Part shown: piece after piece, positions 10,440 to 22,279 of the stretch | Layout of the letters: the number at the start of each line of letters is the position of its first letter | Numbering within the stretch: position 1 is the first letter of the stretch | Origin: Yuukianura sp. NJ FZ-2021 | Lineage: Eukaryota | NCBI GenBank assembly: GCA_046563655.1 | Contig: CM102290.1 | Coordinates: 62,001-126,000, forward strand | Reading direction: 5' to 3' | Length of the DNA: 64,000 nt | Position numbers and translations under genes: made by a program | The notes under the pieces: generated by a model | The model's database searches: none | Seen by the model: only the letters and a program-made list of their open reading frames with translations | What the model was told of the DNA's origin: nothing

Positions 10440-12092
10440 ATCGAATCATTCGCAACTTTTTAGCTTTTCAAATATTTAATCCTTACTTTTAAGCCTCAAT
10501 TCTTCGCAACTTTTTATCTTTTCAAATATTTAATCCTTACTTTTAAGCTTCGAATCCTCCGCAATTTTTTCTATCCTTTTAACCATTAAATTCTTAGTCC
10601 TAAGCTTCGAATCCTTCGCCGCTTTCTATCTTTTTAACCATTAAATTCGTCGTTCTAAGCTTCGAATCCTTCGCCGCTTTCTATCTTTTTAACCATTAAA
10701 TTCTTAGTTCTAAGCTTCGAATCCTTCGCCACTTTCTATCTTTTTAACCATTAAATTCTTAGTTCTAAGCTTCGAATCCTTCGCCACTTTCTATCTTAAC
10801 CATTAAATTCTTAGTTCTAAGCTTCGAATCCTTCGCCACTTTCTATCTCTTTAACCATTAATTCTTAGTTCTAAGCTTCGAATCCTTCGCCACGTGCTAT
10901 CTTTTTCACCATTAAATTCTTAGTTCTAAGCTTCGAATCCTTCGCCACGTTCTATCTTTTTAACCATTAAATTCTTAGTTTTAAGCTTCGAATCCTTCGC
11001 CACTTTCTATCTTTTTAACCATTAAATTCTTAGTTCTAAGCTTCGAATCCTTCGCCACTTTCTATCTTTTTAACCATTAAATTCTTAGTTCTAAGCTTCG
11101 AATCCTTCGCCACTTTCTATCTTAACCATTAAATTCTTAGTTCTAAGCTTCGAATCCTTCGCCACTTTCTATCTCTTTAACCATTAATTCTTAGTTCTAA
11201 GCTTCGAATCCTTCGCCACGTGCTATCTTTTTCACCATTAAATTCTTAGTTCTAAGCTTCGAATCCTTCGCCACGTTCTATCTTTTTAACCATTAAATTC
11301 TTAGTTTTAAGCTTCGAATCCTTCGCCACTTTCTATCTTTTTAACCATTAAATTCTTAGTTCTAAGCTTCGAATCCTTCGCCACTTGCTATCTTTTTCAC
11401 CATTAAATTCTTAGTTCTAAGCTTCGAATCCTTCGCCACTTTCTATCTCTTTAACCATTAATTCTTAGTTCTAAGCTTCGAATCCTTCGCCACGTGCTAT
11501 CTTTTTCACCATTAAATTCTTAGTTCTAAGCTTCGAATCCTTCGCCACGTTCTATCTTTTTAACCATTAAATTCTTAGTTCTAAGCTTCGAATCCTTCGC
11601 CACTTGCTATCTTTTTCACCATTAAATTCTTAGTTCTAAGCTTCGAATCCTTCGCCACTTGCTATCTTTTTCACCATTAAATTCTTAGTTCTAAGCTTCG
11701 AATCATTCGCCACTTTCTATCTTTTTAACCATTAAATTCTTAGTTCTAAGCTTCGAATCCTTCGCCACTTGCTATCTTTTTCACCATTAAATTCTTAGTT
11801 CTAAGCTTCGAATCCTTCGCCACTTGCTATCTTTTTCACCATTAAATTCTTAGTTCTAAGCTTCGAATCCTTCGCCACTTGCTATCTTTTTCACCATTAA
11901 ATTCTTAGTTCTAAGCTTCGAATCCTTCGCCACTTGCTATCTTTTTCACCATTAAATTCTTAGTTCTAAGCTTCGAATCCTTCGCCACTTGCTATCTCTT
12001 TAACCATTAAATTCTTAGTTCTAAGCTTCGAATCCTTCGCCACTTTCTATCTTTTTAACCATTAGATTTTTAGTTCTAAGCTTCGAGTCCTT
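10440..12092. repeat. 55-bp satellite, ~30 copies (AAGCTT site in nearly every unit)
   Basis: Unit AAGCTTCGAATCCTTCGCCACTTTCTATCTTTTTAACCATTAAATTCTTAGTTCT; a shared deletion variant recurs 326 bp apart (10791, 11117). Confidence 0.97.
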
Positions 12093-12094
12093 AA

Positions 12095-12928
12095 AGGTAA
12101 AAATTTGCATTCATAGAGAAATTTTTTAAAGAATTTATTATTCTCTGTTAAGGTGTAAATTCACATTCGGAGACAAAATTTTTTAAAGAATTTATTATTC
12201 TCTGTTAAGGTGTAAATTCACATTCGGAGACAAATTTTTTAAAGAATTTATTATTTTCTGTTAAGGTGTAAATTCACATTCGGAGACAAATTTTTTAAAG
12301 AATTTATTATTTTCTGTTAAGGTGTAAATTCACATTCGGAGACAAATTTTTTAAAGAATTTATTATTTTCTGTTAAGGTATAAATTCACATTCGGAGACA
12401 AATTTTTTAAAGAATTTATTATTCTCTGTTTAGGTGTAAATTCACATTCGGAGACAAATTTTTTAAAGAATTTATTATTCTCTGTTAAGGTGTAAATTCA
12501 CATTCGGAGACAAAATTTTTTAAAGAATTTATTATTCTCTGTTAAGGTGTAAATTCACATTCGGAGACAAAATTTTTAAAGAATTTATTATTTTCTGTTA
12601 AGGTGTAAATTCACATTCGGAGACAAAATTTTTAAAGAATTTATTATTTTCTGTTAAGGTGTAAATTCACATTCGGAGACAAATTTTTTAAAGAATTTAT
12701 TATTTTCTGTTAAGGTATAAATTCACATTCGGAGACAAATTTTTTAAAGAATTTATTATTCTCTGTTAAGGTGTAAATTCACATTCGGAGACAAATTTTT
12801 TAAAGAATTTATTATTCTCTGTTAAGGTGTAAATTCACATTCGGAGACAAATTTTTTAAAGAATTTATTATTCTCTGTTAAGGTGTAAATTCACATTCGG
12901 AGACAAATTTTTTAAAGAATTTATTATT
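12095..12928. repeat. 56-bp satellite, ~15 copies
   Basis: Unit AAATTCACATTCGGAGACAAATTTTTTAAAGAATTTATTATTCTCTGTTAAGGTGT. Confidence 0.97.
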
Positions 12929-13696
12929 TAGTTTGTCGATATTGAAGTGACGGACTTTTTTTCGTTTGAGATATCTGGTCATTTTGAAGTCCCCCCCCCC
13001 CTCCCAATACTGCGCCCGGCTAGTCCCTACGGCTGAGCTAAAAATAGCGAGGCTGAGTTCCTCCCACCCACACTACTGAAGGTGCTGCGACGAGTATTGG
13101 GAAGAGGTGCCGTTGCGGAAATGAAGATGCGATCACGTGGCCTGACGGTGAAGCAATGGCCAACTTCCGGAAGAAGAAGGATGAACTGGAGTTGTACATG
13201 GAGAGAATGAACGAAGTCAAATGTAAGTCAATAATGTTCAGTATTCTTTAAAGAGTATCTTTGGTTGATTGACAGTTCCGGATGTGGTATGTGGTGAGAG
13301 CTTGATTGTTGATTCCTCCTCAATGTGTCTTTGGCCATGTCACTATTTGTGACAATAATATTTTTCTAGCTCTAAAACGTTACAATTACAAAGAGTAGTG
13401 TCGAGATGAGATACGATTTGTAGTTTTATATTGAAGATCCTAAACTTTTCTTGGTTCCTCCTCCCGACTTCTTTATATTTTTGGACAGGAGTCAAAAGAT
13501 TCGTAGAGAGGAAGAGACTTGGCATTAGTAAGCCAATTCTTGATTGAATCCCATTTAAGTTTACTCTAAAGTTATTTAGTGTAAAAGTTAATTAAAATCA
13601 ACTAAACTGGTCGTGTATAGTTAAAGTTAAGATGGATTTAATAACGTCCAAGAATGTCCCACGTCCCGCAACTGCTAATGGCGATTCCAATTTTGA

Positions 13697-15535
13697 ATGA
13701 ATGTCTTTAAGTAAAGAGGTTTACATGAAACGAATTACTAATTAAATTTTAATTAATTTTTTTGCTAAAGGGAGTCAACAGCCATCGAAACTTGGAGGGT
13801 ACGTCGCAGGTCAGACAAGGAAAGCATCACGAACTCCAGATCAAAACAATGTCAGACCCGGAACTCTTCTTGCAAGGTGCTCTCATTTGGATACGTTCAA
13901 GAGGTCACCTCAGTTGACCTCTTACCTCAAAGTCCACTCACTTTTGTTTTTCCTAAAACAGACAAGGAATACGAACTGAAGGGAATCTACGGAAGATGTG
14001 TCTCTTGTGATACCGTTGTCGGAACTCAGCTCTGTCTCAGATGTACTTTCATTGGGTGTGTCAAGGGAGGGCACTTGAAGGAACACTTCGAAAGTACTGG
14101 ACACGAACTAGGTATTTAACTCACTCCTTCCTAAACTTAATTAATGTCTGATTGTCGATTGCTTTCTTTTTAGCCTCCAACTTGTCAAATGGATCGATCT
14201 ACTGCTTCAACTGCTCAGACATCTTTGTTGATCGTCCAGGCACTCATTCACACACCCATTCTACGTAACTTCTTCTTATCAAGTGAAATCAACTGCTCAG
14301 AAAAACATGACATCGGGAAGAGGAAACCCTGCATTGTCAGTTTGGTTGCGGATCTATACCAAGAGGTTTGTAAAGTTGCTGAAATGGGACCACAGTTCTC
14401 TTCTTTCTCATTAGCTCATTAATCTCATTAATCATGTGAAACTAATCCTGCTTTTGGTAACAGTTTTACAGTGGAAAGGAGACGGCGATGAGTTTGCATG
14501 ATTTGCTGTTCAAGATTTGGGCCAATGCTTCTCATTTGGCTGGTTACGAGTAACAAGATGCCCATGAATTCTTCATCGCCATGCTAGATGCTCTTCATCT
14601 GCATTTCCATGCTCCTGATCTCAGAGGAATCTGTAACTGTGTCATCGATCTCATCTTCCTGGGCAAACTGGAATCAGCTGTTACTTGCATCAGGTGTGAG
14701 TAAGACTCTCCTATAAATAGCAGCACTACAGCATTTAATTGAAATTGGTTCAGTTAAAACGTTTTTTTTTTCATTCTATGTAACCAGTCACAAGTCCATC
14801 ACTGTTGATCCATTCTGGGATACTTCACTTGACTTAATGACAGATGACCCCGGAGTAACATTGACCCTGAGTGATTGCCTCACTCGCTACACGAGAGTGG
14901 AGCACTTGGGCTCCACTGCAAAGATTTGGTGTACAAAATGCAACAGCAACCAGGAATCAACGAAACAACTCAAGTTCAAATCCCTTCCGATGGTTCTCTG
15001 TCTCCACCTCAAGGTAATTTATTACTAATTACTAATTACTTTTGTAATTACTTTCAGTTCCAGTTTACTAACAAAGTATTTTTTGTTTTGCAGCGGTTTG
15101 AGCACAGGACGAGCTATAAGATTGACACGAGAGTATAATTTCCCGAGCATCTGTCAATGTATGACTACACCTCGGACTCTGCCATCCAGGAAGAACCAGG
15201 CTCCAACCTCCGATCCAGTGTCAACAGACTAAGTGCCAAGTAAGTAAGTACTTTTTTTTACAAGGTTTTCAACTTTACAAGTTTCAAGTTTTTAAGTTTT
15301 GAGACTCCTAACCTAGCTTTTTGTGACAGATATGTGCTGTATGCAGTGGTAAACCACGTGGGTTCGCTGGAAGGCGGTCACTATTACTTACATCCTGCAC
15401 GCAGGGGGGACTTGGTACAAATGTGACGACCACTGGGTCACTATCATCCATCAGTCAGAAGTACTCGCCAGTCCAGGATACTTGCTCTTCTACCACAAAC
15501 AAATCATCTCAAAACCCATTTCCATCTCACAGTAA
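13697..15535 (+). pseudogene. USP22: USP22/nonstop-like deubiquitinase pseudogene (introns retained)
   Basis: ZnF-UBP (CLRCTFIGCVKGGHLKEH..GSIYCFNC), [30 protein letters not shown] (TAA 14551-14553), [14 protein letters not shown], second stop 15136-15138, VVNHVGSLEGGHY then frameshift, WYKCDD..GYLLFYHK; Cys-box absent; start position tentative. Confidence 0.88.
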
Positions 15536-16583
15536 ACCAATAGTCTAATTCAGATTAATCGATTAACGATTAGGGTAGTTAAAAGTCAAGTTCAGAGGCT
15601 CATTGAACACTCCCATTCAAAGGCAGTGACGCAGAGTTAAAGGGACTCTTTTTATGACACAAAGAGCAAAACAAGTTTGTTGATTTTTTTTTCAACTTTC
15701 TAAATAATTTGTCGATGATGAAGTAACTTTTGATTTTTAGAGTATCTTATACTTAAATCTGTAAAAATGAGATACTTTGGAGAAAGTTGATTCGTCATTT
15801 GCAGCCTTAGGAACTTTAATGATTAATTTGGAACTTAAAATGGCAACTGACCAAGCTTAAACAATTTTTGCAAGGTATTGCATATTTCTCCAACATAAGA
15901 AACATTTACTTCAGTAATAACTCCATTGTAAGTCTTGTTTTCATTTAAAAATTCCATTTTCAAACGAAAACAAAAATTAGAAAGAAAGCTGGTGAAAGTA
16001 AGGTGGAGAAGGTGAAATTGGAAAGCATTTGAACTTTGAAGTTTGTTTGGACAAGCGAAAATTGATTTAGAGTTTGTGTTTTTAGAGTAGACAAAACTCA
16101 AAATAAAACTGAAAGTGGAGTCAACTGCGAAGGAGTCTCCCTGTTTTCAGGAACTTTCTGTGTTTTTCACACTCAAGAAATTGAAGTTTTCCTTACGAAA
16201 TGATGAAGGAAAAGCATGACAAATAACTTTTTACACAACAAAATTAATAAGTAAAACTGTCTTTCTTGTCTCTTCACACGAAGAAAACAATAATTTCAGC
16301 AATAATTGGCCTTTTTAGCCCTGTTTTCAGTTAAATGACCTGAAAAATGCATTTTTTTAACATTCATAAGAAAAGGACAAAGAAAGTTTAGGGAAAGGAT
16401 GCAAAAGAAGTGAAATTGAGCAGCTTTTGGTACTTTCACTTGGATTTTAGAAGCGAAAGTGTATGGAGAAGACGTGAGTTTGGTGTTCAAAAACCAAAAT
16501 AAAATTGAATTGGAGTGACGTCCCATAGATTCTGCGTGTTCTGAGAAACTTTCTCCGTTTTTCACTCGAAAATGTTTGTTTTT

Positions 16584-16736
16584 GGGGGGTTTGGAGTTGG
16601 GATGGTCCCTGGATGCATTTTTTCCATTGCCACCCACTCCCTCCCCCACCATCCAACTCCAAAAGAGTAAAACACTCCTTCGTTCTACTCCTTTCGTCTT
16701 CATATAAAAGGGAAGCTCAGCAAATTCTTTTCATTC
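16584..16736 (+). promoter_or_regulatory. Promoter module 6
   Basis: TATAAAAG 16703-16710; TCATTC 16731-16736 (A at +30). Confidence 0.75.
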
Positions 16737-16943
16737 ACTTTTTGTTGTCGTTCGAGAGATGAAGGAAGAGGAGTCACAGTTTCCTTATGTAAACAAAGAC
16801 AATCTGCTCCCTCTTCAGTTCTTTTTAATTGTCATCTCCAATTAACTTCCATTTTAGTTAATTGATCGATTGAATTATCAATCAAAAGATCCAGGGAATA
16901 GATGCATCAAAACATTGTAATTTTGAATTTGTGAAAAGATGTT

Positions 16944-17090
16944 GGGGGTTTGGAGTTGGGATGGTCCCTGGATGCATTTTTTCCATTGCCACCCACTCCC
17001 TCCCCCACCATCCAACTCCAAAAGAGTAAAACACTCCTTCGTTCTACTCCTTTCGTCTTCATATAAAAGGGAAGCTCAGCAAATTCTCTA
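16944..17090 (+). promoter_or_regulatory. Promoter module 7 (precedes leader B and ADAM10)
   Basis: Identical by eye to module 6 through AAATTCT; TATAAAAG 17062-17069. Confidence 0.7.
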
Positions 17091-17477
17091 CTCCTCCGAA
17101 CTATTTATGTGAATCTCAACCTCTGGTGCGGACCGCCGATGTAACAAGCTGCTTTGACAACTTTTGTTTCTGTCATGTCGTCTCAAGCCCAATCCAAGTC
17201 ATGTTGGAGGCTAGTCCTCCGAAAACAACAGAAACGGCTGATTTGGTTATCCGAGGACTAGGCACTACTAGACTTGAACTTGAGACAAAATTGCGGGAAG
17301 TTTTTTGAAAAGTCAAAATTACAAAAGAAAACCAAATAAAAAGAACAACTCATACTAATTTAATTAACTAATTTACAAATTCACCCAACTTAATTAATCA
17401 GTTGTTTCATTGCACAAAGAGATTAATGGAGTGGATTTAATTCTAATCATTATCCAAAGTGTCCATGCATCTACTCA

Positions 17478-20400
17478 ATGATCTTTGTGACGATGAACCC
17501 TTGGATACTTTCCCTTCTCATCCTCTTCAATCTGCAGCCGACGAATCCTGTCTCCAGTCATGGTCAGTCAACATTCCAAAATTTGAAACATTTCAACATC
17601 TAAACGCTTGTCATTTGGATCGTTTCAGAAGGTCCGACTGTCCGTCACTTTGAACAAGTTCGTTACAATCCCCTGTCTCACCAACTTCATAAAAGATCTA
17701 CAGACAATTCGTGGACAGTGGAACTGCACTCCCACGGAAGGACTTTCAAACTCCTCCTCACTCCAGACCAAACAACGATGGCTCCTCACATTTACATTGA
17801 GAATTCGGATGGACAGTTTGGAGGGACTGACCACTCGCCTGTCACCGGACGAATCCAAGGTGACGACGGATCCAGAGTCACTGGGCTCCTGTCCACGGAA
17901 GGAACGTTCGAAGGGGTCCTCATCACTGGAGCAGGAACTGAGTTCTACGTTGAGCCCACTCAAAGGTAATTGATATGTTATCAAGTTAGGCTCAACTAAA
18001 GCTGTTTTTTTGTTAACAGATACTGGAGTGACGATATCTTGCATGGAGAAAGTGTCATGTACCGGGCAGAGGATGTCCTCATACCCCCAGGAACACATTG
18101 TCAATCTCACATTCTCGCAGATCTCAGGAAGGGAAACGAAAGTCGAGTGCCGTTGAAACAATTCCAACTCAAACGACGTCGGGAGAAGCGTTGGCTCATT
18201 GATCAGCGGAAAAAGACGTGCATGCTATTCCTGCAAGCAGACTATAACTTTTTTAGTCGATTTGGAAGCGAAGAGGCAGCGATCAACGTGATGACAGGCC
18301 ACATCCAGCGCCTCAACGACATCTACAGACAAACAGACTTTAACCAGGACGGAGAGGCAGACGACATTCAGTTCATGATTAAGCGAATCAAAGTGCACAC
18401 AAAGAACAGTACTTTGGACCCCAAGTACCCCTACGATGGTCAGTTCGAAGTGATCAAGTTCCTAGAGCTCTTTTCCGAAGGAGACTACGACTCTTTCTGC
18501 CTCGCTTATCTCTTTACGTACAGAGACTTTGAGGGTGGGACTCTGGGACTCGCTTGGACAGGAGATCTCAAGAATGCTGGCGGTGTTTGTGAGAAGAAGG
18601 GCCACTTTCGCGGTGGGATCAAAAGTCTCAACACAGGCATCATCACACTCCTCAACTACGGAAAACTCGTGGCACCCGCAGTGTCACACGTCACTCTTGC
18701 CCATGAAGTCGGTAACAGCCAAACTAACTTTTACTTTTTTTTTGAAAAGTTCCTAGAGTTCGTAAAGTTGTGCATTTATTTACATTTAAATACAAAATTA
18801 ATTTACAGGTCACAACTTTGGATCACCGCATGACCCTGACCAAGACAAGTCCTGCACTCCTGGTGGAGACGATGGGAACTTTATCATGTTTGCTCGAGCG
18901 ACGGCCGGTGATCGTCGAAACAACAACAAGTTTTCCGCCTGCAGCCTCAAGAGCATGAATCCAGTCCTGAGTGTCAAAGCGAGAGACACTTATGGATGCT
19001 TCCAAGGTGAGAAAAGCCACACTTTTCCTAAGGAAAACTCTTTGCTTCCAGTGAAAGTTGTTTTATTGACTAAACTGGATTTCCAGAGCCGCAGAAGTCC
19101 ATTTGTGGGAATGGGGTTGTGGAGGAGGGGGAGGAGTGCGACTGCGGCTGGGAAGAGGACTGTCCTGAATCCTGCTGCTTCCCCATGCGACGTCTCGCTT
19201 GGACAGGCACTTCTGCAGGCACTCCCTGCCGACTCAAACCGCATGCACACTGCAGTCCGTCTCAAGGACCCTGCTGTACTCACGCCTGCACTCTCACCAC
19301 TGGCAACAAATGTCGCCAAGACAACGGATGCAGGTCCACTGCCTACTGCGACGGGCTCCGTCCACAATGCCCCCCTTCCCACTTCAAACCCAACCGAACA
19401 GTCTGCGACAAGAATTCTCACGTCTGCTTCATGGGAGTAAGTCACTCAACTGCCACAATTATTAGTACAATTATATAAATTACTTAATTAATTATATAAA
19501 TTAATAATAACAAGTACAATTGTCAGCGTTTTCATTTGAATTTTGTAGGAGTGCACTGGATCCATCTGCCTTGCCTTTGGTCTCGAGTCGTGTCAGTGTT
19601 CGCAGCAGTCCTTGGACAGAAACACCAAACTCTGCGAAGTCTGTTGCCGTCATTCTCCTCACACCGAGTGCATTTCCTCTTTTGACTGGAACGAAAGTCC
19701 CTACGATCTGCCCAGTGTGCTTGCCAAGCCAGGAACACCCTGTCGCAACTTCACCGGCTACTGCGACACACTACACACATGCAGAGAGGTACGCATTCTA
19801 ATCACTCTCAACATCAATTTCAACTGTCATTTGAACGTTTTAGGTGGACCCTTCAGGCCCTCTGGCCACCCTCAGGAAACTTCTATCAGCAGACGAAGGG
19901 CTGGCGACGATTGTAGAGTGGATTGACGACCACTGGTACGTTGTCATCTGTGTGCTCGCTCTCCTGCTCCTCCTCATGGTAACTTCCATTTTTACAACCA
20001 TACCCAATTCCAAGTTCACTTTGGAATGTGTTCTTGTAGGTCTTGAGTTTTCGAGTAAGAAGAAAGCAGCGTCTGAGGAGGCTCACTGTGCTCCACAGCA
20101 ACGTCCAAGCTATTCAGATCCAACGCTCTTATTTGGAAGACGCAGAAGGACAAAGGGGAGTGGTTTACCCCACTGCCATTCGGACCAAGATTCCTTTCAA
20201 GAGAAAAGTGCGAGAGAGACGGACGAAGCCAAAAGACAACAAGCGGAGGAGGAAGAGCGGGAAAGTGGGTGACTCTCGGAGAGGGAAGCGACAGCAAGGC
20301 ACTGGAGTGGAAGTACAGACAGCCACCGCTGCCACCCAACAGGACCGGAAGTGAGCATCCTCTTTGACGAAGGTTGAGGTTCTAACATAGTGGTGCTGGT

Positions 20401-20888
20401 TGAGTAGATGGCTTCACTAACTCTGTCTCCCACTCAAGGTTACAACTAACATTCTCTTTCTCTTCATGGCAACTACAACTCCTTTTCTCTTCTTTAGAGT
20501 GAGGAAGAGCGGAAAGGGAAGCAGAAGAGCCACTGCTCAAGCGTCTCCAAAGGACGGTGTGCGTAGATCTCCGACCGCACCACGGAGGAATCTCCAGGTC
20601 ATCTACCGCCCTCCGTTCTCCGTCAAAGTGGAGTTCGTGCCAGCCGAGTCAAAGGTCAACAAAAAACCATCAGACAGAGTGTCATCGCAGACTCAGAATG
20701 AAAGAACTAAGTCTGTTCGTGGAAAACCCAAGTGCCGAACTGTGCGGAAACCGAGTTCGGGAGGGAGGAAGTTGGAGAAGACGCGGAAAAGCGAACTGGA
20801 AATCCTGATTCCGAAGGGACATGAGGAGGAGGAGGGAGGGAGTCCATCCCAAGTACCCCCTTCCTCCACTCAAAGTGGACCAAAGTGA
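17478..20888 (+). CDS. ADAM10: ADAM10/kuzbanian-family metalloprotease-disintegrin, spliced, apparently intact
   Basis: Signal peptide MIFVTMNPWILSLLILFNL, prodomain, furin-like RREKR, GTLGLAW, zinc motif HEVG|HNFGSPHD across an intron, Met-turn FIMFARA, disintegrin CGNGVVEEGEECDCG, TM, basic tail. Exon phases consistent; last exon (20499-20888) less certain, alternative stop 20354. Confidence 0.92.
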
Positions 20889-21793
20889 AGGGGGACTTGA
20901 CTGGAACTGTAGGTGATGGTGCTAGGTTGTTATTGTCTTTCACATTAGTTTTAACCCCCTTAATTAACAATTCTCTATGGACTTGTTGTGATCAGGTGAT
21001 TGGCACTTGATGAAAAAGGAGATTATGTCCACAGCTGAGACGTCAGTGGGGTTGCGCTTAACTTGTAACTTCCTCTGGTACCCACACTTACATTCTCCTT
21101 TTCCATTCATTTTTACACATTTTACTAACGTTATCGTCCTCCATCCTTTTTATATTTAGCATTATAACGTTCTTTTTAGGAAAGTAAATTATCATGGGTG
21201 TAATGGCTTAGCAATAAATTCAAAACCTACTCGGCATTAATTTAATTAAGTAAGGCCAAAGTTGTGATACAAAACAAATGTAAGGATCCTTGTTGAGGCA
21301 TTTTTCATATTAACATATTAATACATACAAATATCAACTTTTCCGCCATTTCTTCCAGGGCTGGATCTCCAGTGGAAGAAATGGACGAAATTGTGAATCC
21401 AAGGGCAGGATTTTTGCCCGATGTTTACAACTAATTGACTGCAAAAGGCTAAAAAAAAGATGAAACTACATTGCAAAAACGAAGCATATATCGTTTCTAA
21501 ATAGGTTTTAACTAATTACTCAATTTTAACGGTGAAAGAATAGTTTTTTGATATTATTTAGTTTAAGTTTGAATTGTTTTTGAATTTGGCGCTAAATTGT
21601 TGATTTGTTCCATTGAGAAATTGTTTCGTGCATTTGAGTTGCATTTGTTCCAGTGGATATCCATTGGAAGTGTGAGTTTATTTTATTGGAAGTGGCCGTT
21701 TGAGCATTCATCCACAGTGAATAATAGGAGAGAAGGTGTGTGGGTACAAGTAGAAGTGTGCAGGTTGACTTCAAGACAGAAAAGTCGAGAAGG

Positions 21794-21804
21794 ATGAGTC
21801 AGCA
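21794..21804 (+). promoter_or_regulatory. CNC-sMaf/ARE site ATGAGTCAGCA upstream of cnc
   Basis: Exact match to RTGASnnnGCA. Confidence 0.55.
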
Positions 21805-22279
21805 AGAAGTGGATCACCTGATCGTGGATCACTCACGAGACGTGGGAAACAAGTGAACTTCATCTCTTGGACATCTCGTTGTCAAACAAACAACCGATAC
21901 TTCACACGCTCCGAATAACTCACAACAACTAACTCCTCTCCGAACACAAGTACCTAACACACATCGTGTCGTTGACGCAACGGGACATTCGACGTAAGTT
22001 TCTCACTTATTTACTAATCGCACTTTGTGTAGGTTAGGGACGTTTTGATAGTGATACATATGACCTTGGGACAACCTTGATGTCATAGCCCAAGTTTCGT
22101 TAAGATCGTAACGAAACATGACCTTTGACCTCTACAGTTGATAACACGGTCTTGTTCAATATGTCAAAATGACCGTCGCATTTAGGCATTCCAATTTTGT
22201 ACTTGAAAAGTTTCCAACTGGACAAACCACTACTCCTAACATTGAATAACATTGTGACAAAACGTTTTTTTTACGTAGA

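Larger units (their letters stand above)
9946..13077. mobile_element. Non-autonomous element with ~80-bp TIRs (AGTAGT...ACTACT) filled with satellite arrays
   Basis: 9946-10025 vs 12991-13077 inverted, sharing the core CTATTTTTAGCTCAGCCGTAGGGACTAG; flanks GAGGG / GAAGG (possible degenerate 5-bp TSD). Confidence 0.85.
15775..17345 (+). repeat. Cassette copy 3
   Basis: Colinear with copies 1 and 2; uninterrupted A+B arrangement. Confidence 0.85.

Noticed and set aside
10440..12928. CRISPR-like array
   Set aside because: Head-to-tail monomers with no unique spacers, no cas genes, eukaryotic context: satellite DNA.
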